From NCBI GenBank assembly GCA_031553775.1, contig JAVBLA010000024.1:381-64380 (forward strand): a DNA stretch of 64,000 bases, given 5' to 3'. Both the position numbers and the translations under genes were made by a program. The stretch's first letter is position 1. The number at the start of each line of letters is the position of its first letter. The DNA comes from Bacteroidales bacterium. Its GTDB lineage: Bacteria > Bacteroidota > Bacteroidia > Bacteroidales > Azobacteroidaceae. A model generated the notes under the pieces. The model saw nothing but the letters and a program-made list of their open reading frames with translations, did not search any database and was not told where the DNA came from. Below are positions 36,488 through 45,236 of this stretch, piece by piece.

Positions 36488-36563
36488 CGTCATTGCGAGG
36501 AGAAACAAAGCAATCTCCTGATAATTCCGGCAGATTGCTTCAGGCTTCGCCTTCGCAATGACG
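36488..36563. repeat. REP-like nested palindrome
   Basis: Outer arms CGTCATTGCGAGG / CTTCGCAATGACG (13 bp, one G:U); inner arms AAGCAATCT / AGATTGCTT (9 bp). Sits after the stop of 36637..37158. Confidence 0.7.
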
Positions 36564-36636
36564 ATCGAAAATCGGCGTTCTACACCTCTTTTATTATACT
36601 ATTCTTACTAAACTAATTCTGTTTGGAGATATCCGC

Positions 36637-37158
36637 TTATTCGGCAATTCCATTTGCTTTGGCAAATTTTCCCTGTTTTTCGAACAATACGGCCTGTACT
36701 TTTTTCAGTTCAATCCGGAAATCGGAGAGTACTTTGCGGGCTGCATCGAAATCAGGTCCGAAATTCAATTTCGTAGCAGGTTGTTTTCCGCTGGCAATAT
36801 CGGCTTGTTCCCGCTCATTTGCTGCCTGGAACATACCGATAGCTTTATTGAATACTTCCGGTCCCTGTACTTCAATAAACGCAATATAATCTATAGCACT
36901 TTGTTTGTAAGCTACTGCCTTTTTGTTTTTCAACTGGTTAATAATCTCTTGAGATGCTGTTGTCTGCACCTTCAATGAGTCTACATTTGCTTTGGCCAGA
37001 TCGAACTCATTTGCAGTAATATTCTGCGAAATGGTTTCCAGCACATCGTTCACTTTTCTTACTTCATGAATCACCACTCCGTTGACTTCCACCGCATTAT
37101 CACCACATGAAGAAAAGATCAGAGCCACCGCCAACAGCGAAAAAATAACTTTTTTCAT
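36637..37158 (-). CDS. hypothetical helical lipoprotein
   Basis: MKKVIFSLLAVALIFSSC lipobox; the remainder is predicted helical. No family recognised. Confidence 0.6.
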   Translation of the reverse strand: MKKVIFSLLAVALIFSSCGDNAVEVNGVVIHEVRKVNDVLETISQNITANEFDLAKANVDSLKVQTTASQEIINQLKNKKAVAYKQSAIDYIAFIEVQGPEVFNKAIGMFQAANEREQADIASGKQPATKLNFGPDFDAARKVLSDFRIELKKVQAVLFEKQGKFAKANGIAE

Positions 37159-37201
37159 AACTTTTTGAATTAAAGATAATATTAAAAAATGAATTTTGTT
37201 A

Positions 37202-37209
37202 CAAATATA
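37202..37209 (-). promoter_or_regulatory. putative -7 box (TATATTTG on minus strand) for lipoprotein gene
   Basis: TAnnTTTG match 43 nt upstream of the ATG at 37158. Confidence 0.4.
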
Positions 37210-37281
37210 ATTATAAGAACAGAATTAATACAATTTTTGTTGATCTTTGAAAGATATTTTTCATTCCTGAAATTTTTATTT

Positions 37282-37289
37282 TAACTTTG
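37282..37289 (+). promoter_or_regulatory. putative -7 box (TAACTTTG) for symporter-acyltransferase pair
   Basis: TAnnTTTG match 25 nt upstream of the ATG at 37315. Confidence 0.5.
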
Positions 37290-37314
37290 GCACCGAAAAC
37301 AAAGCCCCTGCAGA

Positions 37315-38265
37315 ATGTACGAACAATTACAATCCCTTGATGGCTTAACCATCAATTTTAACGCATCCGGCATACATATCGTTAATATCATTCTGGCAAT
37401 AGTGATGTTCGGAATTGCGTTGGAAATCAAAATAGCAGATTTCCGTCGGGTTTTAATGCATCCCAAGTCCCTGATCATCGGCCTTTGTTCCCAACTTTTC
37501 GTGCTTCCTCTATTAACCTTTTTGATTGTGGCATCAGGCTATCATTTTATTCCTCCCGGAGTTGCTATGGGGATGATTCTGGTAGCAGCCTGTCCGGGTG
37601 GTAATATGTCGAATTTCATTTCCTCAATCGCTAAAGGAAATGTTGCATTATCTGTCAGCATGTCTGCTGCAAACACGGCCGTGGCAATATTTATGACTCC
37701 GTTGAACTTTGAATTCTGGGGACGAATGTATGTCAACTTCCTGAATAAAAGATCGGAATCTTTGTTACAACCACTGGAAATGAGCATTCCCCATATGCTT
37801 TTTGCACTATGTATATTATTGGTAATTCCTTTAATCGCAGGGATGTTGTTTGCCAAATACTTTCCAATAGTAAGGGACAAAATTCTCAAGCCTGTGAAAT
37901 CGGTTTCCCTGTTTGCTTTTTTCCTGATACTTGCTTTTGCTTTGGCTAATAACATGGAGGCTTTTTTACATAATCTTTTTTATATTTTCATTATCGTATT
38001 AATACATAACGGAACAGCCTTGGCGGGAGGATTCTCTTTTGCGGCTCTTTTTAAATGCCCAATTCCCGATCGACGTTCCATTATGATTGAAACCGGCATA
38101 CAAAATTCAGGTTTAGGATTGGCGATGCTATTCAACACCAAGATATTTCCTGAAGGAGTAGTTACGGGAGGCATGTTGTTCGTCACCGCCTGGTGGGGTA
38201 TCTGGCATATTATTTCCGGATTGATTGTTGCCACGGGTTGCCGCTACAAAAAGATTTCCTCATGA
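37315..38265 (+). CDS. bile acid:sodium symporter (BASS/SBF) family transporter
   Basis: About 10 hydrophobic helices. N-terminal IILAIVMFGIALEIKIADF and ACPGGNMSNF motifs are typical of the SBF family. Confidence 0.82.
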   Translation: MYEQLQSLDGLTINFNASGIHIVNIILAIVMFGIALEIKIADFRRVLMHPKSLIIGLCSQLFVLPLLTFLIVASGYHFIPPGVAMGMILVAACPGGNMSNFISSIAKGNVALSVSMSAANTAVAIFMTPLNFEFWGRMYVNFLNKRSESLLQPLEMSIPHMLFALCILLVIPLIAGMLFAKYFPIVRDKILKPVKSVSLFAFFLILAFALANNMEAFLHNLFYIFIIVLIHNGTALAGGFSFAALFKCPIPDRRSIMIETGIQNSGLGLAMLFNTKIFPEGVVTGGMLFVTAWWGIWHIISGLIVATGCRYKKISS

Positions 38266-39566
38266 AAAAAAAAATCCAGGATTTCAATATCGGGTACTGG
38301 TTGCTGAAGGGATATGTAAGATTTGCCATCCGCCAGTTTTATAGTGGAATTAAAATTTCCGGAATGGAAAATATTCCCCGGAATAAATCCGTTATTTTTG
38401 CACCCAACCATCAGAATGCACTGATGGATCCCCTGTTATTGCTTTATTCCCGACCCGGGAGGACCGTATTTATGGCCCGTGCCGATATTTTTAAAAAGAA
38501 AACGGTAGCCAATATCCTATATTTTCTAAAAATCCTTCCTATTTACCGTATCCGCGACGGTGTAGACGAATTAGATAAAAACTATGCCATTTTCGAACAG
38601 GCAGCAGGTGTATTACGCGATGATGTGCCGCTTTGCCTGATGCCCGAGGGGAAACAGAGTTTCCAACGAAAATTACTTCCGTTAGTGAAAGGTATGTTCC
38701 GCATAGCGTTCAAGGCACAGGAAGAAATGCCCGGTAAAGAAATCGTCATTATTCCTACGGGTATCGATTATGAAGATTATGTCCATTCCGGAACTCAGGT
38801 AGTTATTCGTTTCGGCAAACCGATAGAAATACGGGAGTATATGCCGCTTTACCGGGAAAACCTGCCGAAAGCCATGAATATCCTGAGGGATGACGTTTCC
38901 CAGGCAATTAGCACTCTTATACAGGATATCCGGTCGGATACACATTATGAAGATTTTTATCAGCTATCGCTCATCGGAGATGAATCTGTTTGCCGGTTGA
39001 ATCAAAAGGAAGAAACGCCTTTACATTTGCTGCAGGCCCGGCAGGAAATTGCCCGGGAGTTAGATACTCTGGAATCTTCGGATCCTGAAAAAGCTGATAA
39101 ACTTTGTGAAGCCTGCCGCCAATATATGTCAGTATTAAAGAAACTCCGCGTCAGGGACAAGGAAATACAATCGCCTCCTTCATTGATCTTGTTGATTGTT
39201 CAACTGACCGGGTTAATTACGGGATTACCTTTTTTTATCACCGGATGGATTGCCAATGGTATTCCGGCATATACACCCCGGTTAATCACCCGCAAACTCA
39301 AGACCGATGATTTCAGAAGTTCCTTCACCTTTGTCCTCTGGCTGGTTTTCTACTTAGTTTATTATCTGATCCTTTTTATTACGGCAGGATTTGTAACCGG
39401 CTGGATAGAGTCATTGGGAATAATTGTATGCTCCGCACTCTGTGGAAAATTTGCTTACCTGTATCTCGGATGGATGAAAGATTTCGGTCATAAACTCCGT
39501 TACTTATTTGCCGGAACAGAGAAGTATTCCATTCACCCGCCACGAATAGCGGATTTTCTTCGTTAA
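38262..39566 (+). CDS. PlsC-type lysophospholipid acyltransferase with C-terminal membrane domain
   Basis: ATG at 38262 overlaps the upstream TGA (ATGA). Acyltransferase blocks FAPNHQNALMDP, FMARADIF and LMPEG. C-terminal hydrophobic helices. Confidence 0.72.
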   Translation: MKKKIQDFNIGYWLLKGYVRFAIRQFYSGIKISGMENIPRNKSVIFAPNHQNALMDPLLLLYSRPGRTVFMARADIFKKKTVANILYFLKILPIYRIRDGVDELDKNYAIFEQAAGVLRDDVPLCLMPEGKQSFQRKLLPLVKGMFRIAFKAQEEMPGKEIVIIPTGIDYEDYVHSGTQVVIRFGKPIEIREYMPLYRENLPKAMNILRDDVSQAISTLIQDIRSDTHYEDFYQLSLIGDESVCRLNQKEETPLHLLQARQEIARELDTLESSDPEKADKLCEACRQYMSVLKKLRVRDKEIQSPPSLILLIVQLTGLITGLPFFITGWIANGIPAYTPRLITRKLKTDDFRSSFTFVLWLVFYLVYYLILFITAGFVTGWIESLGIIVCSALCGKFAYLYLGWMKDFGHKLRYLFAGTEKYSIHPPRIADFLR

Positions 39567-40765
39567 AAAGTTTCAGCAATATCGATATATAAACCGGAAG
39601 AGTTTTTACCGATCGCATAATCTACCGATATATTCGTACGGGAGAATTTGTTCAGTTTGATCCGAAGTCCCACCCCTCCCGCAGGATCGAGGTAATCGAA
39701 CAGTTTTACCGTATGATCGGGAGCAGAAACGGTAGTTGCATTACCGAATAGCACAGCCCCCAATAAATCATTATTTGTTAAACCTACACGGTACTCCAGT
39801 TGTCCGAATAGCAATTTATCTCCTCTGAAACGGCCAATGGTATAGCCATAAGAAGATTTACCCATGAGATCATATCCTGTGGCCGGCAGATTCATATAAG
39901 GTACCTCTCCGTCTAATATCATGGACGCATTAGCCCAGAATGCCAACCGGTGACGGTGGTTCTGTGTTAAACTTTTGAAAGCCCGGAATTCCAGCCAAAG
40001 ATGCTGCCAGGCCTGGTCCGATCCCATAATTTTCAACAAAGAAGAATAAACAGCCCGGGCGTTGATACCGCTATAGGCATTGATAATATTATCGCGGGTA
40101 TCGAATAAAGCAGAGATATTATATCCTGCCGCTATAGATTTCGTCGGGTCTATTCCCCTGGATGAATTGTATTGGAAATAAGGATCACTTGCCGATTCGG
40201 CATAGCCGGTAATATCGTAATACCGGTTATAATTGACTCCTCCCCCCACATACAAAGTAGGTAAGATACCATACATCAGCGATATGTTGGTACGGATAGT
40301 ACTGAAATCGAGTTGTTCTTTGGCTTCTTTAGGAGTGCCGCTTCCCAAACCGTAAGTATTTTCGTTATTGTTATTGTAACGAATATCAAAATCGGCCGCC
40401 CATTTATTCCTTGAAAAATAAGTCAGATCACGCAAATAGAAAAACAATTGCTTTTTGGTGGTGTAGGCCAGTGATATGGTTCCTGCTGATTTTTTGGTAT
40501 CAGGGTGATTGCCGATCCGGTAATGGGCATTGGTCACAGCCCCGAATTTCACTCCTGCCGAAGGGCTGGAAGCCACATAAGGCAGGGCTCCGAATTCTTT
40601 TTTCCGCTCTTTGCGGCCGGTTTTTTTCTCATTTTCTTTTTTTTCTCCGAAGATAATACCCATCAAATCTTTCAGTTGTGTGCTGTCTGCTTCCTGCGCC
40701 TGAAGAAAAGATGGCAGAAAAATATTGACCAGAAAAAAAAGGACCGGAACAAAATGTTTTTTCAT
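39563..40765 (-). CDS. Omp85-family (bacterial surface antigen D15) beta-barrel without POTRA domains
   Basis: ATG at 40765, signal peptide ...LQAQ. DTRDNIINAYSG and GGVGLRIKL...DYAIG...YIDIAETF match the Omp85 barrel C-terminal pattern. Confidence 0.7.
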   Translation of the reverse strand: MKKHFVPVLFFLVNIFLPSFLQAQEADSTQLKDLMGIIFGEKKENEKKTGRKERKKEFGALPYVASSPSAGVKFGAVTNAHYRIGNHPDTKKSAGTISLAYTTKKQLFFYLRDLTYFSRNKWAADFDIRYNNNNENTYGLGSGTPKEAKEQLDFSTIRTNISLMYGILPTLYVGGGVNYNRYYDITGYAESASDPYFQYNSSRGIDPTKSIAAGYNISALFDTRDNIINAYSGINARAVYSSLLKIMGSDQAWQHLWLEFRAFKSLTQNHRHRLAFWANASMILDGEVPYMNLPATGYDLMGKSSYGYTIGRFRGDKLLFGQLEYRVGLTNNDLLGAVLFGNATTVSAPDHTVKLFDYLDPAGGVGLRIKLNKFSRTNISVDYAIGKNSSGLYIDIAETF

Positions 40766-40785
40766 ACGATCGTCAAATATGATGA

Positions 40786-40793
40786 CAAATATA
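40786..40793 (-). promoter_or_regulatory. putative -7 box (TATATTTG on minus strand) for Omp85-like gene
   Basis: TAnnTTTG match 20 nt upstream of the ATG at 40765. Confidence 0.4.
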
Positions 40794-40848
40794 GTGAAAT
40801 TTTTCAAAACGCTTGATATTCCGGCCCTATCCTATTTTAGACAGACGA

Positions 40849-42399
40849 TCAACGTACAGGTTTATTATACATATAATCGAATGAAGGCCCTACCCTGTCG
40901 AGTGTAGCGCAATTAAACGTTTTTCCTGTATTGGCAATGTGTTGTGCGCCGGCACAGGCAACAATATCCGGACGGGTGCTTCCCGTAATATCTTCCATAA
41001 CAAAATCTACCGGATATTTAGCGATAATGGGAGCTGTACATTCTCCCAGGCCGGACATTCCAAAGTGGTTCGTTTCAAAAGAAAGCGGTTTTTCCGTAAA
41101 ACCCGGTTCTTTGTAGTTCCCGTCTTTTGTTGTTACATAATTGGAAGATATGATCAGATCTGCCTTATTGACATTGTTCTGGAACTGGATCATCTGATTC
41201 CCGGTTCTCCGGGTATTATAAAACAAATTGTTTACAATGGCCGTATTGATAGGATCTTCAATCTGGGTAGCCGCATCTCTGGGGTTGACAAATCCGATCA
41301 GGATAGAATCGCAATCGACAAACGTATTATTCGTAATCACTACATTCCGCACTCTGTGATAACCATTGGAAGCAGAATTTTTAATTCCTTTCAGGATACA
41401 TAGGGGAGCATGAAAATCGGAACCCACACAGGCCTGTACAAAATTGTTGTATATTTTATGATCGGCATTAATCACCCGGATGGCGCCCGTCAGGGGTTTA
41501 TAGTTTCCGAAGATATAATTGGATTCGACGGTATTTCCGTTTCCGTGACGCAATACGATACCTCCTACACTTTCATAAATTGTATTTCTTCTGATGATAT
41601 TTTTTCCAGATTTAATCGAAAGAATTTCTGATTCTCCATCACAATGATAGAAAAAATTATCTTCGATCATTGTATAAGCATCATTCAGAGAAGTATTCGA
41701 GTCACCCAGGCGAATAGTTTCCCCTCCGTTCTTGCCATTATCAGGGCGGTCTCCGAAAAAATTATGGTCGATCCGGCAATAATTATCACTGGTAGTAGGT
41801 CCTTCCAGTTTCAGCATAATATTGGTATTGCTGGAACTTTTTCCCCCGATATAGCAGTGATCGATCCTGTTATATTTTCCGAATATCAGAATCCAGTTCA
41901 CATCTGTTCCCTCAGGAACCGTGTTGTCTTTTCCATCCAGCACACAATTGGTCATCCGGCAGTTAAAAGCATGAACAGAAGAACTCCATTTGAAGGTAAC
42001 TACGGTTCCTTCCTTGAATTCTTTCATTACGATTCCATTCAGGATCATGTATTCACCACCGAATTTAATGGTACTTGCACCATTCAGGATTACCTTTCCC
42101 GGAGTTTCGGCTGTGACAACAATCGGTTTCTCGGCAGTACCCGTACCTGAAATATTCAGGTTTCCGGTATAGGTACCATTCTTGATAACGATCAGTTCTC
42201 CGGGCGAAGCAGAAGCACATGCTTTGGTGGCATTTGAGAGGGTGGTGACTTCCGTTACTTTGGTGTACTGGCTTCTGTCTTTCAGTTCGAACCGGGTTCC
42301 ATCGGGAGACCCCGAATCATAAACATTGAAGGCAGTCTGCGACAACAATGAACTTACAAAACCCGATAAAATAAATACTAAAAATATATTGCGTTTCAT
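40849..42399 (-). CDS. PL6-like polysaccharide lyase (parallel beta-helix, alginate/chondroitinase-B type)
   Basis: Signal peptide. Beta-helix repeats with SEILSIKSGKNIIRRNTIYESVGGIVLRHGNGNTVESNYIFG, which is the PL6 core pattern as I recall it. Confidence 0.78.
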   Translation of the reverse strand: MKRNIFLVFILSGFVSSLLSQTAFNVYDSGSPDGTRFELKDRSQYTKVTEVTTLSNATKACASASPGELIVIKNGTYTGNLNISGTGTAEKPIVVTAETPGKVILNGASTIKFGGEYMILNGIVMKEFKEGTVVTFKWSSSVHAFNCRMTNCVLDGKDNTVPEGTDVNWILIFGKYNRIDHCYIGGKSSSNTNIMLKLEGPTTSDNYCRIDHNFFGDRPDNGKNGGETIRLGDSNTSLNDAYTMIEDNFFYHCDGESEILSIKSGKNIIRRNTIYESVGGIVLRHGNGNTVESNYIFGNYKPLTGAIRVINADHKIYNNFVQACVGSDFHAPLCILKGIKNSASNGYHRVRNVVITNNTFVDCDSILIGFVNPRDAATQIEDPINTAIVNNLFYNTRRTGNQMIQFQNNVNKADLIISSNYVTTKDGNYKEPGFTEKPLSFETNHFGMSGLGECTAPIIAKYPVDFVMEDITGSTRPDIVACAGAQHIANTGKTFNCATLDRVGPSFDYMYNKPVR

Positions 42400-42417
42400 T
42401 TTTATTCCGATTGAGGG

Positions 42418-45105
42418 TTATTTTTTGATTAATACACCTTTCTTCAGGGTTCCGTCGGCCGACAATGCCGTTACGATATACAGGCCGGAAGAGAAACCGG
42501 TAATATCCACATCTACTTCCAAACGATCGGTTTGTATATCTTTCAATTTCACACCCAAAGAATTATATACCCGGACAGATCTCAAATGCACATCAGATTT
42601 CACACCGAAATAATTATGCGCAGGATTCGGATAGATAACAAGCTGGCTTTCTCCGGAAGGAAGAAACGGGATATCCGTTCCGTCATCAACTATGAAAACA
42701 ATCTTCCACTCTGCCGTTGTACCGTCGTTTGCCGTCACCTCGTAATACTGAGGACAAGCACTTCCTCCGAAATTCCAGATCAGACGGTACGAATTACCAT
42801 TGATCGCTATATCCGGGATTTCATTCTTTATATCTGTACCTTCAAGTACTTTCACCGTAACCGTTTTAGAGGGTTTATCTATCATTGCACTTCCTTTTTG
42901 TCCATTAACAGAAAACGAAGTAATATCTTTATTAGAATCTCCGGGAGAAGCTTCGGTCCTAAATTCCGCTACAGTAAATGTTTCCCGGATTCCATTTACG
43001 GCCTCTACTGTTCCTTCTATGACAATTTGATAGCTTGTAAGAATCGTCAATGGAGAAACCGGCTTGATCGTAACCCGTTTATTTTCATTACTGATTGAAA
43101 CGGATGAAGGCACCTCCGTCGAATTACTTTTTTGCACCAACTTAATATTAGACAATGCATCCGGCAGGCTCACCCCGTTGATTTTTAGAATGGGTGTATC
43201 AAAAATAATGACAGGTTCTACATCTAAAGGGACACTGGTTTCATTATTTTCCGGATAATAAGATGCGCGTATATGCTTTGGTGTAACCGTAATCCCGTCT
43301 ACTATAGCATTTCCTCCTATGGCTGGTTTGTGAGTTAAAATAAAGCGGACATATCTCACTGTATCGTCGAGCGTGACCGGAATTTGCTGTGCGCAATTGG
43401 TAGAAGAAGGAATGACCAGTTCTTCATGGGTTCTTACGACCTCCCAGTATTGTCCTCCGGCAGAAACCTGTACCTGCATAATTCCTTCCCAATTATCTCC
43501 CGAACTTCCGGTAGGGCGGAACCGGTAATCCAATTGTTCCGGAATCAGGTCAAAATACAGCATTACAAAGCTACCTTCGGATGCAATATTTGCCGCTCCA
43601 TTCGGATCGGAGCCTGTTTTAGTGTCATCGTCTCCCAGGTTATAGGCAATCCATCCCTGACGGGACATGGTCTTCCACGGTCCTTCGTAAGTAACCGGAG
43701 ATACGGCAGGTTGGAGCACTTTCACATTGACTTTCCAGGTTTTAACCGCACTTTTATCTTCCGATGTAATAATATATTCTTTTTGTGAGGTAAAATCAGC
43801 CGGAACGGTCAAATTTATATTACAGGTAGCATTAGCAGAAAGAGTTATAAATGGCGAAAGCGAGGCCAGGCTTGTATATCCCCAAACCGTCACTTCTACC
43901 GTAGCGGTTGATACGTTGATCACGGCAATTCCTCTTTCAATTTCAAATTTTGTTATGTCGGCTGCCGTATTAGGCAGTTTTTTCACCGTCAGTGTCCAGG
44001 TTTTCGTAGATCCATCTTCAGCCTTCACAATGAACGTAACCGGAGATGAAATATCTATTTCGTCCGTAACGGATGCCCCGACCAATGAAGCGGCTTCTGA
44101 TAAATTAAACTCGGTAGGCACCAGGCGGTCAGCAGTCGCAAATTTCACGTCTATTTCTATTTTTCCATCCGACGGAAAACGGGTACTTCCCTGCTGCCCG
44201 GGTAATTTAAGGGAAAGAATCTCTTTTGCAGAATTCAATGTACTGCGGGTGGTAAAACTCCATACGGCATCAGACTGGATACCGGGGAAATAAGTATCCG
44301 ACACATCCTTGAACAAAGTCGCCGGAATCAGGATATAATATGTTGTATTGATTGCCAACGCATTCTGCAACTGGAATTCCGCTGTTTTATCTTCAATATC
44401 GATATCACCGGAAGTTACCTGTACAAAGGGTACCGAAGTATTTTCCGTATTAAAAATGGAAATATTACCTGTGCCTTTTTGTATATTTTTATTAAATGTG
44501 AATCGGAATACGGGATTGACCGATATACCGGTTTGCTCGTTTTGAGGAGAAAGGCTTACAATCTGCGGAGGTCCCTGGTCCGGTTTGGACTCGACATAAA
44601 TATCCCAGATATACAATGAGCTTCCCGTATTACTACGCATCCGCAGGGTAATGGCACCTGATGCGTTCAAGGTATAAGTAAACTGGCCGCAGGTATTCTG
44701 GGTAGTAAACGATTCCAACAAATCCCAGTTGGATCCATTCTTTTTTTCCAGGGCGAAAGAGCGGTCGTTGCTTCCTGTGGTGGCATTGATCCTGATCAGA
44801 CCTATATCTTTTAGTTCGGGTAACTCTACGACTCCCTTATTGGAAGCGCAAACAATCCGACCTTTACTGCACTCTCCGGAAGTTCCTGCTCCGGGAGCGC
44901 TTTGGGTAGGAGTTACGGAGCAATCGGTCATTTTGATTACTTTAGTTACTCCTTGTACTGTGATATTTTGCGTATATGATCCGGAAGTCGATTGTGCTGT
45001 CCAGTCCTGGATATTGGTATCGATCAATACTTCCTGAGAGAATATAGCTGTTGATGTTAAAAGGAACAGTATATATAGAAGATATTTGGATAGAGTGGAT
45101 TGCAT
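42418..45105 (-). CDS. multi-domain cell-surface protein with type A T9SS C-terminal domain, function unknown
   Basis: Signal peptide. N-terminal module of about 130 aa shared with the 505-aa protein, Ig-like units, and three beta-sandwich repeats of about 75 aa. C-terminus IYPNPAHNYFGV...GLYIVTALSADGTLKKGVLIKK. Confidence 0.7.
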   Translation of the reverse strand: MQSTLSKYLLYILFLLTSTAIFSQEVLIDTNIQDWTAQSTSGSYTQNITVQGVTKVIKMTDCSVTPTQSAPGAGTSGECSKGRIVCASNKGVVELPELKDIGLIRINATTGSNDRSFALEKKNGSNWDLLESFTTQNTCGQFTYTLNASGAITLRMRSNTGSSLYIWDIYVESKPDQGPPQIVSLSPQNEQTGISVNPVFRFTFNKNIQKGTGNISIFNTENTSVPFVQVTSGDIDIEDKTAEFQLQNALAINTTYYILIPATLFKDVSDTYFPGIQSDAVWSFTTRSTLNSAKEILSLKLPGQQGSTRFPSDGKIEIDVKFATADRLVPTEFNLSEAASLVGASVTDEIDISSPVTFIVKAEDGSTKTWTLTVKKLPNTAADITKFEIERGIAVINVSTATVEVTVWGYTSLASLSPFITLSANATCNINLTVPADFTSQKEYIITSEDKSAVKTWKVNVKVLQPAVSPVTYEGPWKTMSRQGWIAYNLGDDDTKTGSDPNGAANIASEGSFVMLYFDLIPEQLDYRFRPTGSSGDNWEGIMQVQVSAGGQYWEVVRTHEELVIPSSTNCAQQIPVTLDDTVRYVRFILTHKPAIGGNAIVDGITVTPKHIRASYYPENNETSVPLDVEPVIIFDTPILKINGVSLPDALSNIKLVQKSNSTEVPSSVSISNENKRVTIKPVSPLTILTSYQIVIEGTVEAVNGIRETFTVAEFRTEASPGDSNKDITSFSVNGQKGSAMIDKPSKTVTVKVLEGTDIKNEIPDIAINGNSYRLIWNFGGSACPQYYEVTANDGTTAEWKIVFIVDDGTDIPFLPSGESQLVIYPNPAHNYFGVKSDVHLRSVRVYNSLGVKLKDIQTDRLEVDVDITGFSSGLYIVTALSADGTLKKGVLIKK

Positions 45106-45155
45106 GTCTGTGTTTTTTTAGGGATTGGAGATTTCGGGATCGTATTTCAAGTTTT

Positions 45156-45204
45156 TTTTACCACGGAGTACATGGAGTTTTTAAATATATACTCCGTGGT
45201 AAAA
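45156..45204 (-). terminator. 15-bp perfect hairpin between PUL genes (terminator or RNA-stabilising structure)
   Basis: TTTTACCACGGAGTA / TACTCCGTGGTAAAA with a 19-nt loop. No clear U-tract on the minus strand. Confidence 0.45.
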
Positions 45205-45236
45205 TGGATTTTAGTTACACGTAAAAGCTAAACAAA

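Noticed and set aside
38193-38261. Upstream GTG-initiated extension of the acyltransferase ORF
   Set aside because: It overlaps the last 70 nt of the symporter gene. The ATG at 38262 forms a typical ATGA stop/start junction and precedes the conserved region.
42532-44293. Two 188-aa plus-strand ORFs and several smaller ones
   Set aside because: They are antisense to the 895-aa T9SS-tailed protein gene and have no independent start context or motifs.
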